Shown in pieces: positions 1-13,219 of a stretch of 64,000 nt of DNA (its first letter is position 1; every line of letters starts with the position of its first letter). Location: NCBI GenBank assembly GCA_043228905.1, contig JBHGNT010000016.1, positions 9,920,001 to 9,984,000 of the forward strand, in the 5' to 3' direction. This DNA is from Azolla caroliniana. Lineage: Eukaryota; Plantae; Polypodiophyta. The notes below the pieces were generated by a model. The model did no database searches, was not told the origin of the DNA, and saw only the letters and a program-made list of their open reading frames with translations. A program made the position numbers and the translations under genes.

Positions 1-189
1 TTATAGATGCCCCCATGCATATGATGCATGTGGGGTACAAGACATGCATAAAATGCATGATGCATGTTTGCCATTTGGCGATCATGCACTAAATGTGATG
101 CATGATAACCATATTACTCATTTAAGCTCTTATATGAGAATTTTCAACTAAAACTATAATGATAAAAATATAACTTTAAGGAAATGACT

Positions 190-246
190 TGGCTTAGTGG
201 TAAGTATATTGCTTTTTATCTTGCAGGTGCAAGGTTCAAGTCTTGC
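190..246 (+). other. Degenerate tRNA-derived Pol III promoter (SINE-head-like)
   Basis: A-box TGGCTTAGTGG (190-200) and B-box-like GGTTCAAGTC (233-242) at tRNA spacing; no cloverleaf, tail or TSD recognised. Confidence 0.45.
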
Positions 247-827
247 TTACATCCCTTTCAAAGCACAAAATACTATTAGACTTTTGGACCAAATATCTTT
301 AAAACACCATGCACTGTGATCAACTGACCCGACCGATCCGTCCGATTTGTGCATCCATTCGGTTTGCATCCCGAGGTCGCCGGATGCCAGTAACAGGGTT
401 TGCTGACATCGGTCGGTTGCCGGTTGGATGCTGTCAGCGTGTCCGTCCGTCCGGTCGCCGGTTCCGGTTCTATTGGCGTCCAAAACCAATGAACTTAGCT
501 ACATCCATTTGTCAAGTCATTCTATTTTCCACAAATAGCTTTTGCTCTGCCTTATACATGGTGAGATTCCTATTTGTCCTGTCTATGTGGGATATCTCAT
601 AATATTTTATTTTTTTCTCTTTTTCTTTGCAAACTTTATACCCACATAACTTGACACTTAGATGTCCGTTTGTTATGTAGCAAAGTGCATTCAAAAGCTC
701 TTCAAGACCTCCATCTTTTTGTACCACTATTATTGTTTTATATTTTGTGTGAAGAACCACACTCAATTTTAAACATTTCTCACAATTTTCACACAATTGG
801 CGAAAATCTTCACAACACCGTAATCTT

Positions 828-1100
828 GGTATTCATCCTGTTTTTCACATTAGTCGTCTAAAACCATTTTTAGGCTCTGGTGATAACACCATCACAATCC
901 ATGATCTTGTAACATTAGAGGATTTTTCTTACAAACCTCATGTTCCTGAACGAATTCTTGATTCTCGTACTAAACGTTTACGTTCTAAAGAGATTCTGCT
1001 ATTAGATAAACCTATTGATGATGCCACATGGGAACACGAGCATATTCTTAAGGCACAATTTCCTCACTTTATATTGCAAGAGTGCAATCTTTTGAAGTAG
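828..1100 (+). pseudogene. Chromovirus integrase C-terminus/chromodomain remnant
   Basis: Manual translation GIHPVFHISRLKPF...PERILDSR...DDATWEHEHILKAQFP; followed by PPT-like GAAGTAGGGGAGTA and TG at 1108. Confidence 0.75.
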
Positions 1101-1107
1101 GGGAGTA

Positions 1108-1623
1108 TGTTATGTACACATAACGTAGGTGAGGATAGGTCACTAATATTTACATAAGTGAAGGCTATGTTCACTAATATTAAAAAGGGGACAAATGTGA
1201 TTGGATAGAAGGAATAATAGTTGCATGCATTATCATGATTTGGACAACCAATGAATGGAGAGCCTTTTAGAAAGGCACATCTATTCAAGGGGCCTAGGAA
1301 AAGGTATAAATATGAGGCTTAGCTACCCTCATAAGCACATTATGTCGGAAGCTTGTTGTCTTAGACACGGGTGGTGCGGGCTAGGCTTTCGTCTCGACGA
1401 TCGTGTTTACCTCTTCCAAGGTATTAGTCATCCTAATATCCGGCGGTATGGGACGTCAGTGGTAGGTTGGCTATGTCTAGATCATAGCTCGAGGGTGGTC
1501 GGGTGGAACAGGTTCTTCTATCCAATCTATTTTCCTTCTTTTACTTTAATTTGGTCTATTGATTAGTAATAGACTCTTAACACTAACCCCCTTGGGAATG
1601 GCTCCACCCCCCACCCATTAACA
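1108..1623 (+). repeat. LTR-derived segment, possibly a composite of two LTRs
   Basis: Starts TGTTA right after a PPT; ends TTAACA right before PBS-like CTTTTGGCACGCCTG; TATAAAT near 1306. Confidence 0.5.
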
Positions 1624-3779
1624 CTTTTGGCACGCCTGAACGGACAACCCTCCCTTTGAGAGGAAGTCTATCCCTCACACTCTGTCTTCATCACTAATCT
1701 CTCACTTTCCCTCTCTACGTGGTGTTTGTGTACCTGTGTTATAGAGTGTAGTTTGTGTGTGGAGTGTCTATGTGAGAGCTAGCCTGCTATGGAGATCTCA
1801 ACACTTCCTTCTACACTCTGATGGGGAAGAGTTTTTCTCAACAACAATGGCAAAGCTTCCTTTAAGAACTTACGAACTAGGTAACTTTAACTAGTTAAAC
1901 CTTCCTCTAAGAACTTAAGAACTGGGTAACTTTAACTAGTTGAAAGAAAGTTAGAGTTTTTCGTTTTCTGCATAGCCTTCTTCCCTGCAATTGAAACTTT
2001 CCATATCCACAGTCCCTTGCACAACATCTTCTACCTGTATCTCTCACTTCCTTTCCCGTTCTCTTCATTTGGGACAGTTTTCATTTCTCCCCCATTTCCA
2101 CGATGCCTCTGTGCAGGAAAAATCACGGCTATGACCAAAGGTCATATCAGAAGGAGAACGTGCAAATACCCCTGCGAAGCACCAACATATCCATAGACGA
2201 TCAAGCTCTGTGCTACAAGATTCCTCATTGCGCCTCTGCTACTACAACTGGTACTCGTCCTCTTTCACCCCGCCTCATTCGTTGTCAGAGCGACAACACA
2301 CAAAGAATCGTATTAGGAGATCAGTCTTTTCTCCATGGATCCCTAGCCAAATCCTCTCATTGGACCTTTAGATTTTTCTCTACCAAGACGAAGCTCGATA
2401 ATTGGATAGAGCTTAATAACTCTCTAGTGAGAGAGATTTCTTCTCTGAGGTCTTCTCGCTCAGAGGCAAAACAAAAGCTCTCTGACCTCAATGGCGAGGT
2501 CAAATGCTTGGTGAATGAGTGGAACGTCATGGCATCATCCATCCACTCCAGAGAAAGAAATTCTTCTTTCTCAGAAGCGCTCTGCAGAGGAGAAGAACAA
2601 GGACGTAGAGAATTCTTTGACTGAATGTATGATCAGAGAGAAAGAGCTCCATCAATCTCTTCATGTTGTGAAGACCGAGGTTTCTAAGGCCAAAGAGAAG
2701 ATGGAGGAGATGGCCTCTCGTATGGAGATGGTTAATGCAGACAAACAGAAGATGATTCTGGAACACAGTGCTCGCATGGAAGAAGTTAATTCAAGGTAAA
2801 GAGAGATGGTTATGGCTTCTTCCATCATCACCACTCGCAACAACTATCGATCCTATTCAAGCCTCATCAGTCCCGTCAAATCAGCACCACCTTCTACTCT
2901 CTCAAGCACTCCATCAATATCTTCCACTGATCTTCATCTTAGAAACTCCGTATCATCGAGAAAGCAGGCCACAATTACCTCCGAGGGCACAACCTCCTCC
3001 TGCCATAGCCAGCCAGACAGATGGTTCGACAACCGGCACAGGATGAATGATGGCCAATGTCTGACGGAGCGGACGGACGATGACAGAGCCAACCATTGAA
3101 CAGTAGCGGCCGACGTCCGAGAACCGTTCGGACAACCGGCAGAGAGATGGCGGACGAGGGGAGACGGACCTGAACAGACTGATGACCGATCAGACAGTCG
3201 ACAAGATGGCAACTGCCGCAGTCAAAGACGGCCATAGGCAGAGCTGGACAAAGACACTCGGAAGTGGCTGAGACAGCCGACTACACGGGGATGGCCGGCG
3301 GCCAATAACCATCAACCGAACCGGTGCGGCCGAGAGTACGGCTGAGACACGCATCCGAGAAGAGGGCCGAGACGTGTGGCCGAAAGTGCAGCCGAGACGC
3401 ACGACCGAACAGCCACCCAAGAGAAATTGTCCGACAACCGACGAAACAGAGATGACCAGGATGGACAGAGATACAAACAGAGTCAATGAGAGAAGAGAGA
3501 AGAAGGAAAGGAGAAGTCGAAGAAGCCAGAGGAGAACATGAAAGCAAGAGAGAAAGAGAAAGGGGGAGACAGGAAAATTACAATAACTCGAGGGCACGTA
3601 GTCGAATTTCAAAAGCTCAAGCACAACAAAGAGAATTTTAAAAATTAGAGGGCGAAAATAAAATTTCTAAAATTTGGGGGTAAAAACGAAAATTTCTAAA
3701 ACCAAGGGGTACAAATCATGAAATTCGAAAACACAACTCACATGATAAAAGAAAAAATACACAAACACACAACCGAAAA

Positions 3780-5360
3780 ATGGAAATCTCTAGATGCGTC
3801 ACGGCATCGGCCTTAGAGGAAATCAATGTCGGGACTTCCAACACACCGCGTCCTCTCTGGATTGCGAAGGAATTACCTCCTTCAGAAAAGGCGGCCATGA
3901 TCAACCTATTGCATGAATATAAAGATGTCTTCGCATGGTCTCAAGAGGATATGAAGGGTCTGGTTCCAAAATTCTACTAGCACCAGATTAACTTGGCGAC
4001 GGATGCAACGCCCGTCTAGCAAAGGCGTTATCGCACGAACCCCAATTACGCGGCTCGCGTAAAAGAAGAAATAGAAAAGCTCTTGAAAATCAGGTTCATC
4101 AAACCAGTCAAGCAGGCAACGTGGTTGAGTCTGATTGTCATTGTCCAAAGAAGAACGGCAAAATTCGTGTCTGCGTCGACTATCAAAAACTAAACATGGT
4201 AACAATAACATATGCTTTTCCCCTACCCTTCACGGATGACATACTCAACGTCGTAGCTGGGCACAAAATGTACAGTTTTCTAGATGGGTTCAATGGCTAC
4301 AATCAGATCCGGATGCATCCCGACAACCAGGAAAAGATAGCTTTCATGATGGATTGGGGAGTATTCATAGTCGTAGTGATGATTGTTGGGCTTACAACAG
4401 CGCCTGCGACATTTCAGCGCATCATCACTGAACTTTTTGGCGAATACATACCCGCCTTTATGCAAGTGTTCCTCGAAGACTTCACAGTGTACGGTGCATG
4501 GGACGAGCACCTACAGCACCTCCGGTTTTGCTTGCACGGCTTAGCCTTTAATCCCACCAAATGCGTGTTCAGTGTAACAAGTGGTGCTCTCCTCGAACAC
4601 ATTGTAAGTCGTGAAGGCATTGCGGTTGATCTAGGGAAGATCAAGGCCATCATCGAGGCTTCGACCCCAAAGAACGTGAAGGCCCTAAGTCGTTTTCTTG
4701 GACAAGTACGTTGGCACAGTCCAAAGAGACCCCGACCCCAAAGAACGCAAAGGCCCTAAGCCGTTCACCAACCACTACGCCGTAGTCCACAAAAAGAGTA
4801 TCGCGTACTACCCTAAGATGAATGGGCTAGCGGAGTCGATGAACAAAACCTTACCGAACATTTTAAAGAAGATTGTCAACGAAAATTGCACGGATTGGGA
4901 TACAAAGCTTCATAGTCCCCTATGGGCATATCAAACAAGTTTTAAAACCAGTATCTAGTCCACCCCATTTCGGTGGACTCAGAGCCGTAATGCCCGTCAA
5001 GTTCCAGGTTCTCAGCTTACGAATACAGATCCCGGAACGCCTTCCCGAAAAATAGTCGGAACAAAGACGATTGCAGCAACTCCTCGAACTCGGCGAAGAC
5101 AAGGTGCTAAGCATCGTGGTCTTGGAACAGGAACAACACCGTCGAAAGGCGTTGGTTGATCGGCATCGAGGGGGTAACGAGAAGTTTTTCGAAATCAGAA
5201 AAGCCATCCTCGTGTTCCAAACACGCATGGGAAAAATGCCCGAAAAATGCCGATTTCGGTGGACATGGCCATATTGGATAATTAATGTTGGAAACAGTAT
5301 TTTCGAGCTCGACACTCTCGCGGGGGAAGTTTTATGACAAAAGTTCAACGGCTACTGGGA
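3780..5360 (+). pseudogene. Gypsy pol remnant (RT and partial integrase, RNase H deleted)
   Basis: EYKDVFAW, KKNGKIRVCVDY, YSFLDGFNGYNQI, NGLAESMNKTL, RFRWTWPY; stops, frameshifts and internal deletion. Confidence 0.9.
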
Positions 5361-5835
5361 CCCACACTATCGAACCCTTTTAGAAACACTGCGAAATTAA
5401 TGGATGAAAACGCCGGCCCACTCCCTACCAAATCAATTTTAGGGGGTGGACCCGTAGCTCATTAATGCGACCCCATTTTGTAATCATGTACCGTTTATGT
5501 ATCATAGTAACAACCATTACCATTAGCTGTGGAAGGGTAAAAAAGAAAAAGAAGAAAGGCATTCATAACTATTTAAAGATCTTGCATGCAGGCGCATATC
5601 CCAAGAAAGTAAGTACCGCTCAGTCACACACATGCACAACATGGCTTGACGAATCTTGAACGCTAACATTCCAACCTCACAAAAAGGGAATTCGAGCCAT
5701 TTCTCTGCACATAGCAGAAGCTCTCATCGCTCCCAAAGACCCTCCTACCCTCCTCGCTCCCTTCCTTGAGCCCGCTCCCCTTGTTCTTCCCAACACACAA
5801 ACAACCCTTCTGCGCCTCCAGACACTGAAGGAACC

Positions 5836-6720
5836 ATGCCGATCGACATGTCACCTACTCTCTGATGATGGCTCCATGACCACGGCCTCGTAGAATACAT
5901 CCGAGTAGTGGAAGCACCACCCCACCCCAACTCCCATGAAATGACGATGCAAATCAACATAAATACGATCATGAACACCACAATCCGGAAAAAATTGGGC
6001 CTGACCTCGACATGGGAACGCCACTTCGAGATCCCTCCCATCGAGGTCCTCGAACAATACTTTGGCGAATACTCCCTCTCGGCCAAAGACTATAGGACAT
6101 GGGACGCCCTTGATCTGTTCTTCCGACAAATCGCGAAGTTCCAGGTGGAGGTGGGGTGTGTACACCCCAACGTGTATGCGATGCCGAAGTAGAAGGCCAA
6201 CATCATCATTTCAACTTTCAAAGGGCGCACCGTTGATTGGGGCATTATCACAAGGTCGTCCCTACGTGAAGTACTCCATGCCTTCCAGGCAGGTAAGAAG
6301 CTCCGCCCGATAATACACCAATATTTCACAAGATTGTTTCCCCCACCGGCTCTCCAAGCTCCTGGCTTGGCCCGTCCTTCGTCACCTCCGCATGAGCAGA
6401 AGCGGCGGCTTAAGGACCTTGCTATGATAGAATGGGAGGAAGAAGGCAACATCCAGGCCCCGAAGACTGTCATCCCACCAAACGAGCAGTGGATCACTCC
6501 CATTCAAGAGGAAACCAACAAGCAAAGAAGCAACCCCAAGCCCAAACGCCATCGACTAGATCGAAAAAACGGTTGGGGTTTGGTAAAAGCCTCGGCCCCA
6601 CAACCTAGCCCTGCAGTAACGGTCGTGGTAGAGCCCACACAGGTGTTCAAGGAAATTCCGCAGTCCCAATCAACCTTGACCGGAAATACAGAGAGAGGTG
6701 AAGGCATCCTCACGTTCGAT
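5836..6720 (+). pseudogene. Gypsy 3' extra-ORF remnant
   Basis: VEAPPHP, ERHFEIPPIE, EVGCVH, GRTVDWG, PKRHRLDRK match the ORF at 14450-15730. Confidence 0.8.
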
Positions 6721-6729
6721 AATGTCGTG

Positions 6730-6940
6730 ATGATGACGAATGATGCAAACATATGTGCCGCTATGGAGCAAGAGATGCACACACTCACAGAAAATGAGAT
6801 GTGGGATTTAGTGGATGTATCAAAAGGAGTGAAGTTGATCGGTAGTCGGTGGGTATACAAGGTTAAATATAACACCGACAGCTCCGTCAACAGGTACAAG
6901 GCCCAATTAGTGGCCAAGGGCTATGCCCAACAGCACGACA
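6730..6940 (+). pseudogene. Copia RT N-terminal fragment
   Basis: [44 protein letters not shown]; similar to the Copia at 45.4-55.5 kb. Confidence 0.8.
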
Positions 6941-6982
6941 TCAAGAAACTAGACAGTATATGTACACGATTCAAGCTTTAAT

Positions 6983-6996
6983 GGAAAGCTTTATTA

Positions 6997-7042
<46 letters not shown>

Positions 7043-7185
7043 GATACAATACGCAGAACCTGAGGATGAGTTCTTCGTCACTCTTTACAATGTTAGGTAT
7101 TCGCTTATATACTAAGCCCTAACTTATTGACGAGTTCACACTTGGACGGATACAATTTGGAAGGAGTCGGCCTTTTATGCCAACA
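6983..7185 (-). repeat. Inverted 5' part of the 5' LTR of the Copia at 8.6-21.9 kb
   Basis: Reverse complement of 21790-21952 (TGTTGGCATAAAAGGCCGAC...(GA)n). Confidence 0.9.
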
Positions 7186-8570
7186 TTCTTAAGACTCACA
7201 AAAGTCGTGTCTGCTTCTTTAGACCAAACAAAGGACTGCCCCTTCTTCATAAGTTGTGTGAGAGGCAGAATAAGCTTTGAGTAATCCTGTATAAACTTGC
7301 GGTAGAAATTGGGGAAGCCTAAAAAGCATTGCACATCTCGCAACGAACATGGAGTTTGCCATTCTACCACCATTTTGACCTTAGGTGGATCCATAGACAT
7401 GCTTTCCGAGGAAATGACATAGCGTAGAAATTCCACCTGGTTGCACTCGAAACTACAATTTTCTAGTTTTGCATAAAGACCATGTTCTCGAAGTCGTTTT
7501 AGAACTAATAGTACATGAGAATCATGTTCTTCTTGAGTCTTCGAATAAACCAGTAGATCATCCATATAGATGCTCAAACAAATATCCAAGAGATCTCTGA
7601 ATATATCATTTGCCATGTGTTGGGAGACTATTGGTGCATTAGTGAGACCGAATGGCATAAACGTATACTCAAAGTGCCCATATCTAGTGGGAAACATGGT
7701 CTTCCATTTATCTCCTGGTTAGATCCGTACGAGGTTATATGCTCCTCGTAAGTTGATCTTTATGAAGAACTTTTCACCATTGATCCATTCTAAAAAACTC
7801 GAGATAAGGGGAAGTGCATACCTATTCTTGATGGTGACCTTATTCAAGCCATGGTAATCTACGACGAGACGAAGTGATCCATCCTTTTTCTTAACAAAGA
7901 AAATGGGTGTGCCGGCTGAAGATTTCGAATGTCGAATGAAACTATTTGCCAAATTCTCCTCTATGTAGGGTCGATGACTTCTAGCTCAATTGGTGAGAAG
8001 TTGTTGATCGGTCCCCATGGTGGCTCTTTTCCCGGTTGTAAATCAATGGGACAATCATATGATCAGTGGTGAGGAAGCATGCTGGCTTGTACCTTATCGA
8101 ACATGTTGGCATAATGACGATACTTCTCTAGAAGTTGAACTGTGGATTCCTCTTTAGTGGTGTTGGAAGGTTTTACTGATACTGTGAAGACAAACATTGC
8201 TTCCTTGCATCCTTCCTCACGCAATTGTTGTAGCGAAATGGTTGCAATCCTATGAGTAGGTCCTTGGGTTTGTCGATACCCGATTTCTTCTTTTCTCCAA
8301 TCTATGTCTGGGTTATGTAATTCAAACCATGGTAATCCCAAGACAATTGGATGATCTGGACTACTAATTATATTAAATGATACTACACACACTAAATTAT
8401 CTAGGACACATGAAATGGGACGATCATCAATAACTTCTACGATATCTGATGAGCTTGGGAAAAATTCCTCTCCATGAAACAAGAGTTGGCTCAAATCTAA
8501 GAGTGCTAAGACATCTACTGGAGGAGTACTTTTAGTATTAACCATTACTTGAGCTAAGAACACATTGTAC
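7186..8570 (-). pseudogene. Old Tcn1-like chromovirus protease-RT fragment (inverted)
   Basis: [41 protein letters not shown]; homologous to pol at 28533-32105. Confidence 0.9.
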
Positions 8571-8741
8571 ATATCTGTGTGTTGATCTGTTGTGCTTAAC
8601 CGATTGGTCCTCAATAATGTTTCCGCATATACACATATACATCAACTGGTATCAGAGTGACCTTGTTGCGGCAACAACAGACAATAGATAGAGGCTAAAA
8701 GAAAAGACCAGGTTAGCAAATCTCACTTTCACAGAAAGAAT

Positions 8742-11700
8742 ATGGCTTCACGAAAGGAGTTGAAATCAGAAAATTCGACGACAAAAATTTTGCTTTATGG
8801 AAGAAGATGATGCAGGATGTGCTAATCATTCGAAGACAGGTCGAAGCTATTTGACACAACGAAAACCCTGCTTCAATGACAACTGGGGAGTGGAGATCAA
8901 TGGGCGAAATCGCACACTCCACCATCTGAATGCACCTAGCCAAAAACGTCTATTTCAGCATGGTGAAAGAGATGACAACATTCTCATTGTGGGAGAAGCT
9001 ACAAGCCGTATATGAGAAGAAATCCTCATCTTCGAAATTGATTTTGATCAAACAACTTTTCAACATGAAGATGAGAGAAGCTTATCTAGCGACCTCCCAC
9101 ATCAACACCTTCAGCCGAGTGTTGTCAGAACTCTCCTCACAAGGGATCAACTTCGAAGAAGAAGTTAAAGCCCTTGCCCTCCTATCGAGCTTGCCAGCGA
9201 GTTGGGAGGTATTTTTCACGACATATGCCAACAACCGACTGATCCTAAATCTGGACGAAACAATCGGCCAAGTCCTCACAAAGGACATTCGGTGAAAATC
9301 GATGGGACTAACTATCGATGAGTCGGCAAAATCCCACCACTCGACCGAGTTGTTCGACCCACAGAGTCAAACAAGAGAACAAGCCGACAGAACCAGTCGG
9401 AACACCAACCGATCGAAAACGAGGGGAGACCAACAACAGTCGAAGTCAAGAACAGGCCGATCAAGCGAATTCTGCATGCATTGCAGAAAAATTGGCCATA
9501 GTGTTTTCGACTGTTGGTCCATCAAGAAGAAAGAGAGTGGTCAGCAATCCGAGCGTAATCGAGGACGTTCCGACTTGGACAACTCTCTAGTCGGCAACCA
9601 AATCAATGTTTCTGACACCCAATCTGGAGAAATTCTCTCCTTAGAGGACTCGATGATCAGAGAAGTCCTTTATATTGCACAAGATGCACATACGTGGTTA
9701 CTAGACTCCGATGCCACATTCCACGTGACCCCCAACATCAAATGGTTTTCGAACTATTTAGACGACACCATTGGCACAATCCGATTGGGTAATGAGCAGG
9801 AGTGCAAGATAATCGAAACTGGAGAGGTTCCCATCAGATTTCCAAACAGCAACACAATAACCCTACACCAAGTTCGGCATGTACCCGATCTAAAAAGGAG
9901 TCTGGTCTCCATCGGCATGCTAGCCGGAGACGGGTACCGAACGACTCTGCATGAGTCGACATGGGTGATCAGCCAAGGAAACCTCAAAATCGGGAGTGGG
10001 TACAAGTATAACAATCTATACCCATTGATGGCGATCAACCCTGAAGGGGCCGTGAACGTAGCCAAAAAGACCGACCCAAACCTATGGCATGGCCAACTTG
10101 GTCATATGTCTCAAGCCGGACTTGATCGGCTGATGGCGGTGGGCTACATCCCGAAACTCCAAGCGAAGATGAACTTCTGTGAGCATTGTCGATATGGGAA
10201 ATAGACCCGAAGTATGCACACTCTCCATTACGAGACGGTATGACAACCCTTAGAGCTCGTGCACATAGACATATGTGGGCCCATACCAGAGTGATCACTA
10301 GGAGGCTCCCGGTACTTCATCACATTCGTAGATGACTGTACATGGAAAGTTTGGGCATATTCCATCAAGTCCAAAGATGAAGCGCTCAAGGTCTTCACTC
10401 GATGGATATCTGAAGTGGAGAACTGGTCGGGATATAGAGTGAAGACACTCCGATCCGACAACGGAGGAGAGTACACCTCCAGAGCCTTCAAACAATACCT
10501 GTCCAAAAAAGGGATCCGACATCAAAAGACCATTCCCTACACACCCATGTAGAATGGGGTGGATGAACGGATCAACCGAACGATCCAGGAGAGGGTGACA
10601 GAAATTGATCCGGAGCAACAACGTAGTCTTCAATGAAGACTCTATCTTCTCTCAGCGGAACCAGCAGAAAATAGTTGGTAATAAGGTATCCTTCGAAGAT
10701 GACAGCACTATCATAGAAGGACCGACTCACCGTATCGAATCGGAGATTCGACAAACAGTCGAACTCCGACAAGCTGACAACTTTCTTGCCGACACCGAAT
10801 CGACAACAAGTCCCATTGTCAAACTCAAAGACAAAGCCATCAAAGACACAACCGAATCGACAAGAGTCGACAAAGGCAGAGTCCCCAAGAGGAAAGTCAG
10901 AACAGAGTTGACAACCACAAGGAAGAACAACTAGATACCACCGAAATCTCAATCTAGGGGTTGGACCCCTAATAAGACTCCTGATACAAATGGTTCAACA
11001 AATACTGATCGCCCAACATAACCGATCGAAGAATTTGAACCCAACATCTCGGCACTCAGGAGATCTAGACAAGCTTGAAGGATAACAGAGTTCTATCAAC
11101 CGAGCCTCGACTACGTCAACTACACGGATGCATGCGAACCAAGCACATATGAAGAAGCTATGGTCGCACCGGACGCCAAAACATGGCTACAAGCCATGAA
11201 ATCCAAAATGGACTCGATTCACAAGAATCACACATGGGAGCTGGTCGAATTACCAACTGGAAGGAAGCTGCAACCTTGCAAATGCGTTTTTCGATATAAG
11301 TATGTATCTGACTTAGAAAAACCCAAGTACAAAGCTCGACTTGTTGCAAAAGGATTCAAACAGGAATACAGGGTCGACTACGACGAGATATTCTCACTAG
11401 TAGTCAAGATGATCATCCTCCAACTCCTATTAGGGGTTGTTACGACAAAAGACCTAGAGCTTGAGCAGATGGACATCAAGACGACATTTCTACACGGAGA
11501 TCTAGAAGAAGACATATATATGTCTCAACCGGTAGGCTTCACGGCGACGGGGGAGGACAGTCACCTCGCATGCAGACTAAAGAAAAGTCTATATGGCTTA
11601 AAACAAGCGTTGAGGATGTGGTACCAGAAGTTTGACTCCTACATCAGGCAGCTTGGATACCGCTGATCAGACTCCGACCCATGTATGTATGTTCGGCAAC

Positions 11701-12295
11701 TAACCAACGAGTCCAGGTCTATCTAATCTTATATGTCAACGACATGTTAATTGCCAGCAACAATCGAGCAAAGATCGAAAAGCTGAAGCGGAGCCTTCAC
11801 GACAAATTCGCGATGAAGGAACTCGGACAAGCTTGACACATACTGAGCAGGATAGAGCGAAATGGGACGACAAAGACTCTCCAACTCTCCTAGTCTGACT
11901 ACATCCGCAAAGTGCTGAAACGCTTTAACATGGAGAATGTGAAGCCAGCACCAACACCGCTTTCAACGTAGATCAGACTATCACACAAAGAATCTCCTGC
12001 AATGGACAAGGAGGGAGAGCTTAATGGAAAGATACCCTACGCATCGACAGTAGGGAGTATCGTGTACGCAATGGTGGCGACCCGACCCGACCTACCCTAT
12101 GTCGTAGGGGTGGTCAGCCGGTTCATGTCAAACCCAGGATGGAAGCATTGGGAGGCTGTCAAGCACATCCTTAGGTATCTGAAAGGAACCGCGGACGCAC
12201 AGCTGACTTTCGGACTAACAACATCAACCGAAGTTGAAGACTACACCGATTCTGACTATGTCGGAAACATAGACAATCAGAAATCAACATCAGGT
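8742..12295 (+). pseudogene. Copia gag-PR-INT-RT polyprotein (disrupted)
   Basis: [63 protein letters not shown]; many stops. Confidence 0.9.
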
Positions 12296-12737
12296 TGTTG
12301 CCTCTTAGGAAACACGGTCCGTGGTTAGTCCTTCGACCTATACCCCAAGGTGGGTGTGGAACAACAAACAGAGCTTAATCGTACTACGTAAGGAGAGAAC
12401 CTCTGTGATTCCTCCGTGTGTAAGGGAAGACGGCTACAACCGACTCCTTATCATAGGTTGCGCCTACGTACTACTACGATTACGTATCCGAGACACTGAC
12501 ACTGAATTAGCCATAGCTATACACAGAAACTCAGAGAAGATAGTATTCTATTATCAGGCGTTCTTTTACATTTCCCAAATTTTACACGCACCTCCTTAAG
12601 AGGTTTTCTGCCCTTTATATATGTAGGGTCTAATTAGCCGTTCACGCTTCCCCGCGTGAACCGTTACATACGTTACGCTTTATATAGTTTCTTATTCCTA
12701 CGCTTTTGGCCATTGGTTACTATTCCGGCGGACAACA
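12296..12737 (-). repeat. 3' LTR of Gypsy
   Basis: Direct repeat of 20736-21177 with about 10 substitutions by eye; TATATAAAGGG on the minus strand. Confidence 0.95.
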
Positions 12738-12739
12738 CC

Positions 12740-12756
12740 TGGCACGCCTGTGGGAC
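12740..12756 (+). promoter_or_regulatory. Inverted tRNA-Arg-type PBS at the expected PPT position
   Basis: TGGCACGCCTGTGGGAC 2 nt inside the 3' LTR; no purine tract there on the coding strand. Confidence 0.7.
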
Positions 12757-13219
12757 AGTGCCTTTGCACGTCGGACCCATCCCGTTAATCTTCTTCCAAA
12801 ATGCCCCGGATGTTCGGCTCTATTGTGGTGTCCTCGGCCGGAGTTGATGTAGGGCCCGTAGGTGCATCATGGTGCGGCTCCTCTGCTTGGTCGGCCTGGT
12901 TTCTCCCGGAGTCGCCTTCGCCGTGTGCGGGTGGTCCGGGTACGGTGGGCTCTTCTTGAGTTCGTGGGCTGGGCTCCACCGGTAGCGTGCTTGCAGTCAG
13001 CTGCTGCTCCGCCTCTATTGTTATGTCCTCCGCGGTGTTGGCCGTTTTTGTGTGTCCTTGGCCATGGGGCGGGGATTCCGCCTGGTCCGCACTATTTTCC
13101 ACATTTTCTGAAGACGGTGTGGGCTGGACTTTTTGTTGGTTACTGGTTTCGCTGTCTGGTCTTGTGGGGAACTCCGCTCGTTCCTCCCCGCTATTCTCCC
13201 CCGTTGTCCTCGCTAGTGC

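Larger units (their letters stand above)
1624..6720 (+). mobile_element. Degenerate non-chromovirus Gypsy internal region, related to the 12296-21177 element
   Basis: PBS TGGCACGCCTG at 1628; RT and integrase remnants; 3' extra ORF homologous to 14450-15730. Confidence 0.7.

Noticed and set aside
1-110. ATGCAT-rich repeats as a regulatory array
   Set aside because: Irregular low-complexity sequence at the window edge with no context to support function.
6334-6981. Novel fusion protein of Gypsy extra ORF and Copia RT
   Set aside because: Chance in-frame junction of two decayed fragments with no true start.
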